From: the human T2T-CHM13v2.0 reference genome, Homo sapiens
Strand: one strand, 5' to 3'
Assembly (NCBI RefSeq): GCF_009914755.1
Contig: NC_060933.1
Length of the DNA: 64,000 nucleotides
The translations under genes were made by a program, and so were the position numbers. Positions 32,397 through 44,897 of this stretch are shown here, piece after piece; the first letter of the stretch is position 1, and every line of letters begins with the position of its first letter. Below the pieces are notes generated by a model, which was given only the letters and a program-made list of their open reading frames with translations, did no database searches and was not told the origin of the DNA.

Positions 32397-33517
32397 GTCT
32401 GTCCCTTGGGGCCCCTCCATGTACCCCTTCCTTACCCTCTTCTTGGGTTCTTACCCCTAGGATTTCCTCCAGGCGAGTCTCCAGCCAGCTGCTGGGACAA
32501 TTCGTCATGCCGGGTCTGGCTGCCCAGGCTGCCACCTGCCTGCTGCCCCTCATGTGGGGCCGTCTCACCCAGGAACGGCCTGTGGGTCTCCGCTGGAGGA
32601 AGGCTGAGGACCTGGCTTGGGTCTTCCTGCCCTGCCCAGCTTTGATCCCAACTCTGACTTCTCGGGGCTCGGCTTTCAGGGGCCGCCATCCATCTCGTGG
32701 TCGGGACAACCTTCGTGCCTCCAAGTCCCAGCCAGGATGGCGCCATCGAGCTGGGGAGGTTGGATACACCACAGACTGTCTCCAAATGAAATTGGCTTTA
32801 TTTGAAAAATTACGAACGCAAGCTGCTTTGTAGAGAAAAAAAGGAACCCGTAAGCGTGGAAAGATCAGCCACTCTACATAGACAGCCAGAAACTACACAT
32901 GCTCTTTGTAGGAAAGCTGGAAAAATATAAACAACCCAAGAGAAGATCAAAATAACTTGTAATCCCTCCATTCTGCCATTTGATTTACTCCCTTTTAGGT
33001 TTTTTTCTATGTTCAGCAGTCTCTGATCTTGCCACTTCTTGTGGCTTTTTGCTATCCAGATAGCAGTTTGCTTAGCGCTTTCCTCCTTGGGGGCATATTT
33101 GGCTGCTATAAATAGCCCTGCTGTTGGTACAGAGAATCGTTTTGAACACATTACTCTCTTCCTCTGGCTGGAGACTTCCAAGGCTTTATTCCTCAGCGTG
33201 GCATCTTCAGCTCGGAGGCATGAAGATGGGTGTCCGGCTTGTTGCACATTGCACTGGCTGTATTTTGGAGAGCAGGCGTGTACCGTGCAGCCCCTGGCAG
33301 GTGTATAATGGTGGTGGGAGAAGTGACCTCCCACAGGGGTGATGCCTGATGGTGAGCAGATGCTGGTCACCCTATGCTGCTAGCTGACATGTCCTGAATG
33401 ATCTGGTTCGGGTGGGCCTGCACCTCAGGGTGGGGTTCTGGGCAGCATCAGGGCTTGCACGATGACCCCCTCCCTTGCCTCAGCTCCTTGGTTCCTCCTG
33501 TGCTCATGTCCCTGCAG

Positions 33518-33790
33518 ACCCCCCGCCGCAGCTGGTCCCTGCTCCCAACGTGACCGTGTCCCCAGGGGAGACTGCCGTCCTATCCTGCCGGGTCCTAGGC
33601 GAGGCCCCCTACAACCTGACGTGGGTCCGGGACTGGCGAGTCCTGCCGGCCTCGACGGGCCGAGTTGCCCAGCTGGCTGACCTGTCCCTGGAGATCAGTG
33701 GCATCATCCCCACAGACGGCGGGAGGTACCAGTGTGTGGCCAGCAATGCCAATGGGGTCACAAGGGCATCCGTCTGGCTCCTGGTGCGAG
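33518..33790 (+). CDS. HMCN2: HMCN2 exon 11 (complete Ig2): [23 protein letters not shown]...[25 protein letters not shown]
   Basis: ccctgcag|AC...CGA G|gtgagg; 273 nt, phase 1-1. Confidence 0.96.
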
Positions 33791-34916
33791 GTGAGGCTCA
33801 TCCTGCTGCTGCTGTTCCCCTAATTCAACACGTGACCTGGTGTTTACCCCAGAAGCCGCGAGTCCTTCCCTCTGCTCAGACATTGTCTCTGGCAGGCAAT
33901 AGCAGCCTTTTCAGTGTTTTTTGAACTTTCAGGGAGAGAGAATACTGTAGCCTCCTAGCCAAAGTCTAATGGCTCTCACTGCTGGGAAGTTCCTCCTAAT
34001 ATCTAACTTAAATTTCTACTGCTGTACGCCAAGCCAATTTCAATTGTGTCTTGTCCTTTTTCCGTGCCATCGAGCCCCTCCATTGTTCCCCACTCCCCAC
34101 TGCACCCTGCCCAATAGGTAGGGCAGGGACTGAATACTGGAACCTTGGGGAAGCTCAGAGGTCAGATGTATTTGGCAGAGATCGGGCAGCACTGACTAGA
34201 TGGGGGTGGAGGAGGCAGTGCCAAGAGCACCCATCTGGGAGTTTTAAGAACCCAGAATCTGGACAGAGCCTCCTCCCCAAGTGTAAAAACAAGCATGTTG
34301 AACAAGCATTCTCTCTTGTGCCAGCGGCTCTTGAGTGGCTGCCAGAGTGTGTTGGGCAGGATTCTGAGGCTATGTCTAGGCTCTGCAGGAAGGAGGGAAT
34401 CCACCAGCTGTGTCTGCCTCCAGTGTGGGAGGGCTGTGGTTGCTGTTTCTGGATGCGCGGGCCTGTGAGCTCTTTTGAGTCTGACCAGCCTGTTGTTCTT
34501 AGTTTCCAAATGGCCAGGTTAGAACCTAAGCTTGGGGCCAATAGTAGGGCAGGCCTTGGGGTCAACCTCAAGGTCACTGGAGACAGGAGCCGTCCCCAGC
34601 CCTGGTAGCTGCCTGACATCTCCCTAAGGCTCCCTAGAGCGCTCAGCCTGGAGTGGACGTTCTAGGAGCACAGGGCTCCGGGTTGGGATTGTTGGAAAAT
34701 CAGCCTCCATGTTGCCTGGGGATGTGCTCAGGGGCCGCCTGGTCTACCCAATTCCCAGAGAAGCCACACCCGGGAGATTGAAGCCCTCTGGGGTCTTTGC
34801 TTTCTCTGTCTTGCCCATCTGTGACTATGGGAGGGGAAGAGCCCGGGGCGGGGTGCCTGGGATGGCACGGCTGCTCTGATGGGCTCATCCTCGCCTATCC
34901 ACTTTTTGGGTCACAG

Positions 34917-35058
34917 AGGCCCCACAGGTCAGCATCCACACCAGCTCCCAGCACTTCTCCCAAGGTGTGGAGGTGAAGGTCAGCTGCTCAGCCTCTGGAT
35001 ACCCCACACCCCACATCTCCTGGAGCCGTGAGAGCCAAGCCCTACAAGAGGACAGCAG
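34917..35058 (+). CDS. HMCN2: HMCN2 exon 12 (Ig3 N-half): [46 protein letters not shown](R)
   Basis: tcacag|AG...AG|gtgagg; 142 nt, phase 1-2. Confidence 0.95.
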
Positions 35059-35260
35059 GTGAGGGGCCCAGGACACAAATCTCAGGGACTCACAGCAGGT
35101 GGACAGGACTCCCAGGGGACCTCTCTGGGCCTTGGCCTTCCTATCTGTAAATGGGGAAGAGAATTTGCCTTCCTTGCTCCTGGGATCATTTGAGACTCCA
35201 GAGTGAGATCACTTTGGAAACATAAGAATGCCACAGTGTGGGCTCAGCGCTCAGGAGCTC

Positions 35261-35410
35261 AGGCTGTATGGACCTGCGCCCAAATCCCGCCCCCACCATT
35301 CAGGCTGTGTGGACCTGTGCCTGAGTCCCGTCCCCACCATTCAGGCTGTGCCGACCTACGCCCAAATCCCGCCCCCAAATCCCACCCCCCACCATTCAGG
35401 CTGTGTGACC
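35261..35410 (+). repeat. 41-bp minisatellite (~3.3 copies) inside a MIR
   Basis: aggctgt..gacct.cgcccaaatcccgcccccaccattc units start at 35261, 35302, 35343 and 35398. Confidence 0.85.
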
Positions 35411-35598
35411 TTGGGCAAGTCATCTTACCTCTCTGAGCCTCGAGAATTAAATTTACATAAAGTGCTTAGCACAGGCCTAGAGCAAGCCATCAGTACAGAA
35501 TGGTCGTCGCTAGTGGCATTGTTAGTGAATTTGTTATTAATGATGATTGTGGATCAACCCCTTTTGTGACCCGATGTGTTTCTATGGCATGATTCTAG

Positions 35599-35726
35599 AA
35601 TCCATGTGGACGCACAGGGAACCCTGATTATTCAGGGGGTAGCCCCAGAGGATGCTGGGAATTACAGCTGCCAGGCGACTAATGAGGTTGGCACTGACCA
35701 GGAGACGGTCACCCTCTACTACACAG
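35599..35726 (+). CDS. HMCN2: HMCN2 exon 13 (Ig3 C-half): [42 protein letters not shown]
   Basis: gattctag|A...ACA G|gtaccc; 128 nt, phase 2-1. Confidence 0.95.
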
Positions 35727-36240
35727 GTACCCAGGCCACAAGCATCACCTTACAGGAGAAGGGCCTCCTTCCCTCCCTCCTCCCTCCCTCCCATCCATCA
35801 GTATTTATGGAGCATTTACCTGTCACGCACCGGGGACACGGCAGTGAACACATGGTCCCTGTCTGGGTGGAGCTTATATTCTAAGGAGAAGGCACACACA
35901 GGCCAATGGGATGCTTCCCAATGCTGAAGGTGCTGCAAAGAACTGGGAGCCTCCTGGTGCGAGGGAGGGACGTGTGCTGGGGGCGAGGGAGAAGCGGCTG
36001 TCATGCCCAGGACTCGGTCATGACCTCTGTGAGGCAGTGACCCTTGCCTTAGGGTCACTATGGGAACAGGGTCATAGGTGGAGGGACCGGGAGGGGGCAT
36101 TGAACCTGGGGTGCTCCAGGGGCAGCAAGGAGGCCGGTGTGGTGAGTTGGGATGAGGGAGAGGGCTCCCTGAAGCCGTGGAAGACTTTCTTTATGACCTT
36201 TGAAGGTTGGTCCCAAATTCTGCATCTCTTCCCCACACAG

Positions 36241-36354
36241 ACCCACCGTCGGTCTCTGCTGTAAATGCCGTGGTGCTGGTGGCCGTTGGGGAGGAGGCTG
36301 TGTTGGTGTGTGAGGCATCTGGGGTTCCCCCGCCCCGAGTCATCTGGTATCGAG
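36241..36354 (+). CDS. HMCN2: HMCN2 exon 14 (Ig4 N-half): [37 protein letters not shown]
   Basis: cttccccacacag|AC...CGA G|gtgtgt; 114 nt, phase 1-1. Confidence 0.95.
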
Positions 36355-36699
36355 GTGTGTTGGTGGGGAGGGGCCCTGAAGGAACAGCTTTCCAGAAAGC
36401 AAGGTGTTGAGGGGAGGTGGGGGTGTCCTGAATGTGGAGTCTGGGGAGAGCTGGAAGGTTCTGCTCCCCGCCGCCCTGACCCCCAGCCAGTGTCAGAGCT
36501 GGTGGGTTCCAGCTCCCCCACCCTCACCCCCAGCCTGTGTTGACACAGCTCATGTAGGTATTCAGAGCAGCACTGAGCCAGGCCCAGATTTGAATTCCGG
36601 CTTCCCTGGGTGACCCTGGGCACGTGACTTGGCATCTCTGAGCCTCAGTTTCCTTATCTGGAAAATCAAAGATAGGTTGGTTGCGTGAAGATTAAATGA

Positions 36700-37060
<361 letters not shown>

Positions 37061-37529
37061 TAGAACAAGCTTGGCACATGTGCTGTGCTTGGCATTCTTA
37101 GTGATAGTGCCGACGATAATGTGATTATCTGAAAATGACAGCAATAATGACAGGGTTGTCCTGAGGCCCTGAGGTCATGGGCAGAGCGTTTTCACGGTGC
37201 CTGCTGCCAGGCTGGAGTTTGACGGACGGGTGCTGGGGTCGCACTAGGTCTTTCTGGGAGCAGTACGCTGGGCTCCCTCTCGAGGGTCAACCGGGGTCAG
37301 CAATACTGTCCCCTCCCATTCCTTGCAGCAGCTGCCTGGGACCTCGTCAGAGCCTCACCCTGACTCTGAGAAAGGCAGGGCAGGTGATATTAGCTCAGAG
37401 TTGAGCGTTTTTTTTAGGGTCACCAGCAAGTGGGTGGCACAGGCTTCTGGACTCCTTCCTCACTGCATATTCTGGCCAAGAACCCCGTCAACCCAGCCCT
37501 AGAGCCCCACTTTAAAAGGTGGCCTTGCC

Positions 37530-37945
37530 ATGAAATATTCTTCCATCTTCAGAAGGAAGGAGATTCTGACACGTGCTACATGGATGTCCTGCTAGGTGGA
37601 CGCTATTCTAGGTGAAGTCAGCCAGACACAAAAAGACAAATACTCTCTGATCCCACTTATGTGAGTTACCTAGAGATGTCAAATTCATAGAGACGAAAAG
37701 ATGGAGTGGTGTTCGCCAGGGACTGGGGAGAGGAGAACACCAGGAGTTAGTGTTGAATAGGTATGGAGTTTCTGTTTGGGGAGATGCAAACAGTTCTGTG
37801 GAGGCCAGTGATGGCCACACAACAGTGTGAATGCACTGGATGCCACTGAGCTGGCTGCACACCTAAAAGTGGTTCAGATCGTCAATCTTATGTTATGCAT
37901 ATTTAACTACAATAAATAAAATAAAAATTAAATTAAATTTAAAAG
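37530..37945 (+). mobile_element. L1MB-like 3' end, sense orientation, with A-rich tail
   Basis: agccagacacaaaaagacaaatac...gtcaaattcatagagac...aataaataaaataaaaa. Confidence 0.8.
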
Positions 37946-37979
37946 GGCGGTTAGAATCAGGTGTGTCCATCAGGCCTCA

Positions 37980-38352
<373 letters not shown>

Positions 38353-38699
38353 TCAGGGCTCCCCAGAGCCCTCCCAGAGCTGACCCAGATCTCAGCCTGG
38401 ACCTGGGGTGGAGGAGTGGACACCAGCGGGGGGGGTCCAAACATGGAGTTCTTGGATGATGAGCCTTGTCATGCAGAGCCTGGCTTAGCCCCAACCCTGT
38501 TCAACAGAGGGAAGGCCCAAGCCCCCTGCAGGACTGGACCCAGGGGTCCTGACCTTGGGGCTTAAACCTGCTTCCACCCACCATCTCCCAGGCCCCAACC
38601 TTGTGCAGCCGCAGGAGCCAAGGGTCAGGCTCCCACCTCCCACCCTGGCCTCCATGGTACCAGGGACACCGGCCTGATGCTTCTTCCTCTTTGGTCCAG

Positions 38700-38849
38700 G
38701 GGGTCTTGAAATGATCCTGGCCCCTGAGGGCTCCAGCTCTGGGAAGCTGCGGATCCCGGCGGCTCAGGAGAGGGATGCTGGCACCTACACCTGCCGGGCT
38801 GTCAATGAGTTGGGTGACGCCTCTGCAGAAATCCAGCTGGCGGTTGGAC
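38700..38849 (+). CDS. HMCN2: HMCN2 exon 15 (Ig4 C-half): [49 protein letters not shown]
   Basis: ctttggtccag|GG...GGA C|gtgagt; 150 nt, phase 1-1. Confidence 0.95.
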
Positions 38850-39019
38850 GTGAGTGTATACCTTGTCTCCCCCTCCCCTGCCCATTCCCCTTTCCCAGCC
38901 CTCTGCCTGCTTCTGAGTAGGGAGGGGAAGCTCTGTCACACAAGTGGCCAGTGTAGATGGCATCATGTGGATCCTGAGCATGTGGGGACAGGGGAAGTCC
39001 AGGGGAGGCGGTGCATGCA

Positions 39020-39540
39020 TCAGCTCTTGCTGGGTAACAAATAGCCCCCAAATTGTGTGGCTTAAACAATAAGTATTTATTTCACAGTCTGAGGATCAAG
39101 AATCTGAAAGTTGCTTGGCCGGGTGATTCTGGCTCAGGGTCCATCCTGAGATTGAAATCAATATCTTGGCTAGGGCCGCAGTCATCTCAAGGTTTGCCTG
39201 GGCCTAGGGGATCCACTCTAGGCTCACTCGTGGGGCTGTTGGCAGAAGGCTCCCAGAGAAAGAGAGAGAGAGACAATCTCAGAGGGAAGCCACAGTCTTG
39301 GAAGTAACAAGCCATCGCTTCTGCCCTATTCTTTTGGTCCCACAGAGCAACCCTGGTGCAGTGTGTGTGGGAGGGGCTACCCAGGGATGTGAACACCAGG
39401 AGGCGGGGGCTACCCATGGGTGTGAACACCAGGAGGCGGGGGCTACCCATGGGTGTGAACACGAGGAGGTGGGGGCTACCCATGGGTGTGAACACGAGGA
39501 GGCGGGGATCTCTGGGACCAGCTTGGAGGCCCACCGCAGA
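39020..39540 (-). mobile_element. MLT1 (F/G/H-like) LTR, antisense
   Basis: gtaacaaatagccccaaattgtgtggcttaaacaataag...gtgattctggctcagggtc...ccatcgcttctgccctattcttttggt. Confidence 0.65.
39373..39508 (+). repeat. 33-bp minisatellite, 4 copies
   Basis: gctacccatgggtgtgaacac(c/g)aggagg(c/t)ggggg units with gctac at 39376, 39409, 39442 and 39475. Confidence 0.93.
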
Positions 39541-41261
39541 CAGTTTGGTTCAGCTCGGGATGAGAATTCCAGTCTCGTCTCTGTCCCCACCTATATGCCT
39601 TGGTCATGCCATGGAGCCTCAGTTTCTCTCAGTTTCCCATGTGTAAAGTGAGGCTGACTGTACTACTCCCCTCCTTGGGTTGCTGTGAGGATTCAGTGAA
39701 ATCAGGCCTGTTAGCACAGGGTTGGGCCCATAGTGATTGCTTAGTAAATGCGGGGAGAGGGGTGATCATTCACTTGCTGCAGATGTGGAGTCCAAATTCC
39801 TTGGTGGCCAGTGCATGGCCTCAGCTGTGACTTCCGGGATGTCTCCATCCCATATTGGAGTTCCTGGCACTGGGACTTGCTCGGAAGCTGTGGGCACAGC
39901 TCCTTGGCACACAGAGCTGGGACAGATCAGGCTCTGAGTGTTTGCCGAGGCCACGGCGAGAGAGGCAGGTGCTAGAGTTCTAGGGAAGCGCAGAGAATCG
40001 AGAATGTGCTGGTCTGGGCTGAATGGGCCAGGCTGGGCCAGGGCTGGCTGGGGCAGCCGAGGAGCTCCCAAGGCGGGCCAGGCTCTGACTGGAGTAGGCA
40101 TAGATAGGAGGGTCTGGCCTGGGGGGGTTGTGCTGTCTCAGGGTTGAGATCCTCTCAGGCTTGGGGTGCTCTTAGCCTTCGTTCACTTGTTCCGTCTTTC
40201 ATTCCTTCAACACAGGGTCACCAGGTGCTCGTGTGCCAGGCCCTGTGCTGGGGACACAGGGCAGGTGAGACACAGCATCAACCTTTGTGTTGCTCATGAG
40301 CTCAGGCAGAGAGAACAGAGGACAGGGAATGAGCATGCACAGGGCACCGAGTGGCTGGAAGGTGCATCCTCAGGGGCTGTGGGTGCCCAGAGAAGGCTAA
40401 TCCCAGGAAGACTTCTTGGAGGAGGTGATGTCTAAACTGAAACCAGAAGCACCCAGAAAGATGACGAGCTGGGGAACAGTGTTCCAGACAAAGGGAATAG
40501 CACGTGCAGCCCTCCCCGTGACAAGAGAAGTGAGGCAGAGAGAGGGTGGGGAGGGGGCAGCAGGACGGCTGCCACCTGGTACCAGTCACTCCCCGCCTGG
40601 GGAGCTGCGGAGGAGTTTGGGCTGTGCCCTGAGGGGGTTGGTGAGAGGTTTTCAGGAGGAGGGTCGTGTGCTCAGACTTTTCCACTGTGGCTGGGTTCTC
40701 AGGTAGGCTGGGCTGGGCCATGGGCTCAGGAGCCTGATAAGGACAGCCACGGAAACACGAGCCGGCGCTTCTAGGGTGTTTGCCAGGTGCTGGCACCAGC
40801 TCAGAGCACATTTTGTTGCTGGCTCATGTAACCCTCACAACAACCCTTGGAGATGGAACGATCATCATCCCCTTTACAGATAGGGAAAACAAGGCACAGA
40901 GAGGTTTCATGTCTTGCCCAAGATCACACAGCTGGCGAGTGGCAGAGGTGGGATCTGAACCAAGGGTCTTGCACCTATAGCCCCTGGCCTTGAGTCTGAT
41001 GCTCACCAGCAGAGTGGGCCTGGCGCTGCTTCCGTCTGCAAGCCTTGGGCTCCTCATTGCCAAAATGAGACGTTGTGTGAGCAAGAGAGAAGGAAGGTCT
41101 GTGGCACGTGAGCTGTGATCCAGCTGCTGACACTGGTATTAGAGGTTCTGGGTGAGCAGATAGGGTGCTCCAGGGAGGGTGTACCTTGTGTTGTGATGGG
41201 CATTGTCATCCTTTGCTCAGCATCTGACTTATTTGAAGCAGACCCATATTTATTTATTTAT

Positions 41262-41370
41262 TTCCTTTCTTTCTCTCTCTCTCTTTCTTTCTGTCCCTCC
41301 CTCCCTCCCTCCCTCCCTCCCTCCCTCCCTCCCTCCCTCCCTCCCTCCCTCCCTCCCTCCCTCCCTCCCT

Positions 41371-41441
<71 letters not shown>

Positions 41442-41510
41442 CTGTCTCTCTCTTTCTTTCCCTTCCTCCCTCCCTCCCTTCCTTTCTTTCTTTCTTTCCT
41501 TCTTTCTTTT
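41262..41510. repeat. (CCCT)n/(CTTT)n compound microsatellite (expanded Alu tail)
   Basis: Seen directly. Confidence 0.95.
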
Positions 41511-41511
41511 A

Positions 41512-41783
41512 TGGAGTCTCGCTCTGTTGCCCAGGCTGGAGTGCCCAGGCGCAATCTCGGCTCACTGCAACCTCTACCTCCTAGGTTCAAGTGATTCTCC
41601 CACCTCAGCCTCCTGAGTAGCTGGGATTAGAGGCGTGCATCACCATGCCCAGCTAATTTTTGTAATTTTAGTAGAGATGGGGTTTCACCATGTTGTTCAG
41701 GCTGAACTCCTGACCTCAGGTGATCTACCCGCCTCGGCCTCCCAAAGTGCTGGGATTATAGGCATGAGCCACTGTGCCTGGCC
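41512..41783 (-). mobile_element. Alu (S-type)
   Basis: Dimer with a small internal deletion. Confidence 0.9.
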
Positions 41784-42601
41784 CAGAGTCTCATTTCTTT
41801 GGGATCCAGGCTGAGTGTCCGCCTAGACCTGTTCCTTCGCCTGTCTGCTGTTGACCTTGGAGCCATGTCCCTGTGGCAGAGTTTCTTTCTGGGCCACTGG
41901 TGGCCTCTGGCCTTAACTTTAGGTCAGGGAAGGGATGGACAATGGCCCAGCACCTGTGGGTCTGGGGTGAGCTGGTCTGGCAGCGGTGGTGGGAAATGGA
42001 ATTTCCTGCCTATCTGGGTGGCAGCTGTCGTCCAGCCTTCCTGGCCAGACTGGCAGAGGTCAGGAATGGGTGTGTACTGTGCCCGCTTCCTGCTGTTGAG
42101 CTGAGAGCTGGCTTCCTGGTAGTGTCTGGGGCATAGGAAGGGAGGCATCCTACTCCTCTGTGCCAGGAGGGCCTGCACTTGTGGACCAGCCTGCGAGGCA
42201 CTGATGGATTACCTTCCGAGCCTGGCATCTGCCAGTCAGGAGTCCTAGGCTCCATGCCCAGGTCCGCTGGTATTTGCCTGCATTATTTGCCTCTCGGAGC
42301 CTCACTTTCCTCGTCTGTGAAACGAGGAGGGTGGTAGCAGAGCTGTGCTCATAGGGCCCTCGAGAGGTTTCCTGAGAATGTGCTTCACTTAGGGCTTGCG
42401 TGGAATAAATAATGCATGTGGGCACCCCCCCCCCCCATAAACCTGTGTCCAGGCTGGGTGAGCTGACCAGCGCTCGGTGAGGTGGGGCGACTCGTCACAT
42501 GGCTGGTTGCCTGACTGTGTGTGGCAACCCCTCCTGAGTTCAGTGCCCTGAGCTGTGGTCTGTGCTTTACTTCATTCCTCTCTAAATGAATGTGTGTCCT
42601 C

Positions 42602-42905
42602 TTTTTTTTTTTTTTTTTTTTTTTGAGATGGAGTCCTATTCTGTCACCCAGACTGTAGTGCAGTGGCACGATCTTGGCTCACTGTAACCTCTGCCTCCCG
42701 GGTGCAAGTGATCCTCTTGCCTCAGCCTCCCAAGTAGCTGGGATTACAGACACGCACCACCATTCCCGGCTGATTTTTGTATTTTTTGTAGAGATAGAGT
42801 TTCTCCATGTTGGCCAGGCTGGTCTCGAACTCCCGACCTCAGATGATCCACCTACCTTGGGCTCCCAAAGTGCTGGGATTACAGGCATGAGCCAGTGCTC
42901 CCAGA
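42602..42905 (-). mobile_element. Alu (S-type)
   Basis: Full dimer. Confidence 0.9.
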
Positions 42906-43997
42906 CTAAATGGATATGCCTCCTCTTTCTGTCCTCTCATTTCAGTCCCTGCTTCTTAGTCCCATCCTGGAAGCTCCTGGTTGCTGGGGGCCGAGCTGGG
43001 GAACAGGAGATGTGCTGTTTTGGACACTAAAGACTCTCCGGCCATCCTTTGGGGAGGGGAGTTGGGGAGAAATGGGCTGGGCTCTGTGGCGAGGGGGCCA
43101 TGGCGAGGCGACTTCTCCATCAGGCATAGCAGGCACTGGCAGAAGGCCCTGCACTTGTAGGGGTCCAGGATGCTTTTCTAATTTTGATTTCTTTTAAAAT
43201 CAGAATTAAAAAATGACCAATAGTGAATAGATAAAGACTAATCCAGCCTGCATCATTCATGTCTTTGTGCCAGTGCAGTTATGAAATATAATTTTCCATG
43301 TTTCTTTATGGAGGAAGAGGAGTAAAGGCATCTTGTGGCCCTGACCAGCAGAGCTGCCACCCTAGGCCCAATCGCAGCATTCCCTCTGTGGGAAAAGTGG
43401 TCCCCGAGTCCTCAGGAAAGGGGGCTGTGGAGACCCCTCCCCGGGGTCCACTTTGCCCATCTGCACAGTCTTCCATCCTGAGACTCCTCCCTCCTCCTGG
43501 CAAACTGAGTCTCAGGGGGCTCTTCTGGAGCTGGCTGCAACCCCCAGCCCTGCCCCCGTGCTCTGAGCCACAGCCCTGGGTGGGAGGCAGAGGCTGGGGT
43601 GTGGACTCTCCAGGCAGTGATAAGGAGTCCTAGAGCTGTAAGGTACCAGGACCAAGGTGAAAATAGAGTTACCGCCTTCCAGATGGATAAACTGAGGCCC
43701 AGAGTGAGGATGGGACTCATTCCTGCATGCCCAGTGAGGCAGAGGCAGAGTCGGGGCCTTCAGGCCAGTGTCCCTTTCGCTGGGGGAGCAGCAGGCGCAG
43801 GGGAGTCACCACCTCTGTCATCTGACTTCACCAGGGCCTTTCCCTTGGAAAATCCCTGGGAGGGGAGCGTGGCCTGACCAGCTGGGTCTGTGCTCTCACC
43901 CTCAGCAGCTCTGAGAGCGCCTCCTGCAGGGGGTCAGCAGCCTCACCTGCAAGCAGGAAGTTAGTTACCCCTTCCCTTTGAACCTGCCCTAGACGAG

Positions 43998-44292
43998 CTC
44001 CTTCCTCCCTTCCTCCCTCCCTCCCCTCCCTCCCCTCCCCTCCCCTCCCTCCCCTCCCCTCCCCTCCCCTTCCCCTCCCCTTCCCCTCCCCTCCTTCCCC
44101 TCCCTCCCCTTCCCCTCCCCTCCCTCCCCTCCCTCCTCCCTCTGCCCTCCCCCTCCCTTCCCACTCCCCTCCCTCTCCCCTCCCCCTCCCCCCCTTCCTT
44201 TCCTTCACCTCCCCTTCCCCTCCCCTTCCCCCCCTCCCCTCCCCTCCCCTCCTCTCCCCCTCCCTTCCTTTCCTTCCCCTCTCTTCCCTCTG
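43998..44292. repeat. (CCCCT/CCCT)n polypyrimidine tract
   Basis: ~295 nt almost purely C/T. Confidence 0.95.
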
Positions 44293-44511
44293 TCCCTATG
44301 CACCAATTATATGCCAAGCTTGGAGGGATGGCCCTGCCTGTTGCTGGCCAGATCCTTGTACCCCAGGGCTGGGTGGCACTAGGGTTCTCTACAAATGTGA
44401 GCCAAGTGAGTTGGGGGTTGAGGCTGGAGGCAGCAGCCACACTGGGCTGGTAGGGCATCTGAGCCTTTCCATCGCCTGGACTCTGCCCTGCCATCCTCGG
44501 GAGCCAGGGAC

Positions 44512-44897
44512 AGTATCCTGGTCAGCTCAGGTTGCCATGATGAAATACCATAGACCAGGGAGCTTAAACAGTAGACACTCCTCACAGCTCTGGAGGCTGG
44601 AAGCCGACCATCAGGCTGCTGGCCTGGCTGGGTTCTGCCAGGGTTCTCTTCCTGGCTGGCAGCCTCTGCCTTCTCTCAGGTCCTCTCGTGGCCTTTCCTT
44701 GGGACCTATGGGTGGAGAGAGGAAGGACGCTCCCTGGCATCTCTTCTTAAAAGGACACTAATCCCCATGGTAGGGGCCTCACTCTCATGACTTACCCAAC
44801 CTCAATCACCTCTCAGAAGCCCCATCTCCAATACCATCACACTGGGGCTCAGGCTTCAACATATGGGTTTGTGGGGGACACAGTTCAGCCCGTAGCA
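44512..44897 (-). mobile_element. MaLR solo LTR (MLT1A-like), antisense
   Basis: aaataccatagaccaggg...ctcacagctctggaggctggaag...gcttcaacatatgggtttgtgggggacacagttcagcccgtagca. Confidence 0.82.

Noticed and set aside
31537-32833. 307-, 206- and 201-aa ORFs around exons 9-10
   Set aside because: Off-frame or antisense overlaps of real exons, or intron read-through, in GC-rich DNA; no independent domain.
39373-39508. CRISPR-like array interpretation of the 33-bp repeats
   Set aside because: Head-to-tail tandem units with no unique spacers, in a eukaryotic intron.
41115-44494. PPSL/SFFL, ERKK and GRGGE-rich ORFs
   Set aside because: Translations of microsatellite and polypyrimidine tracts.
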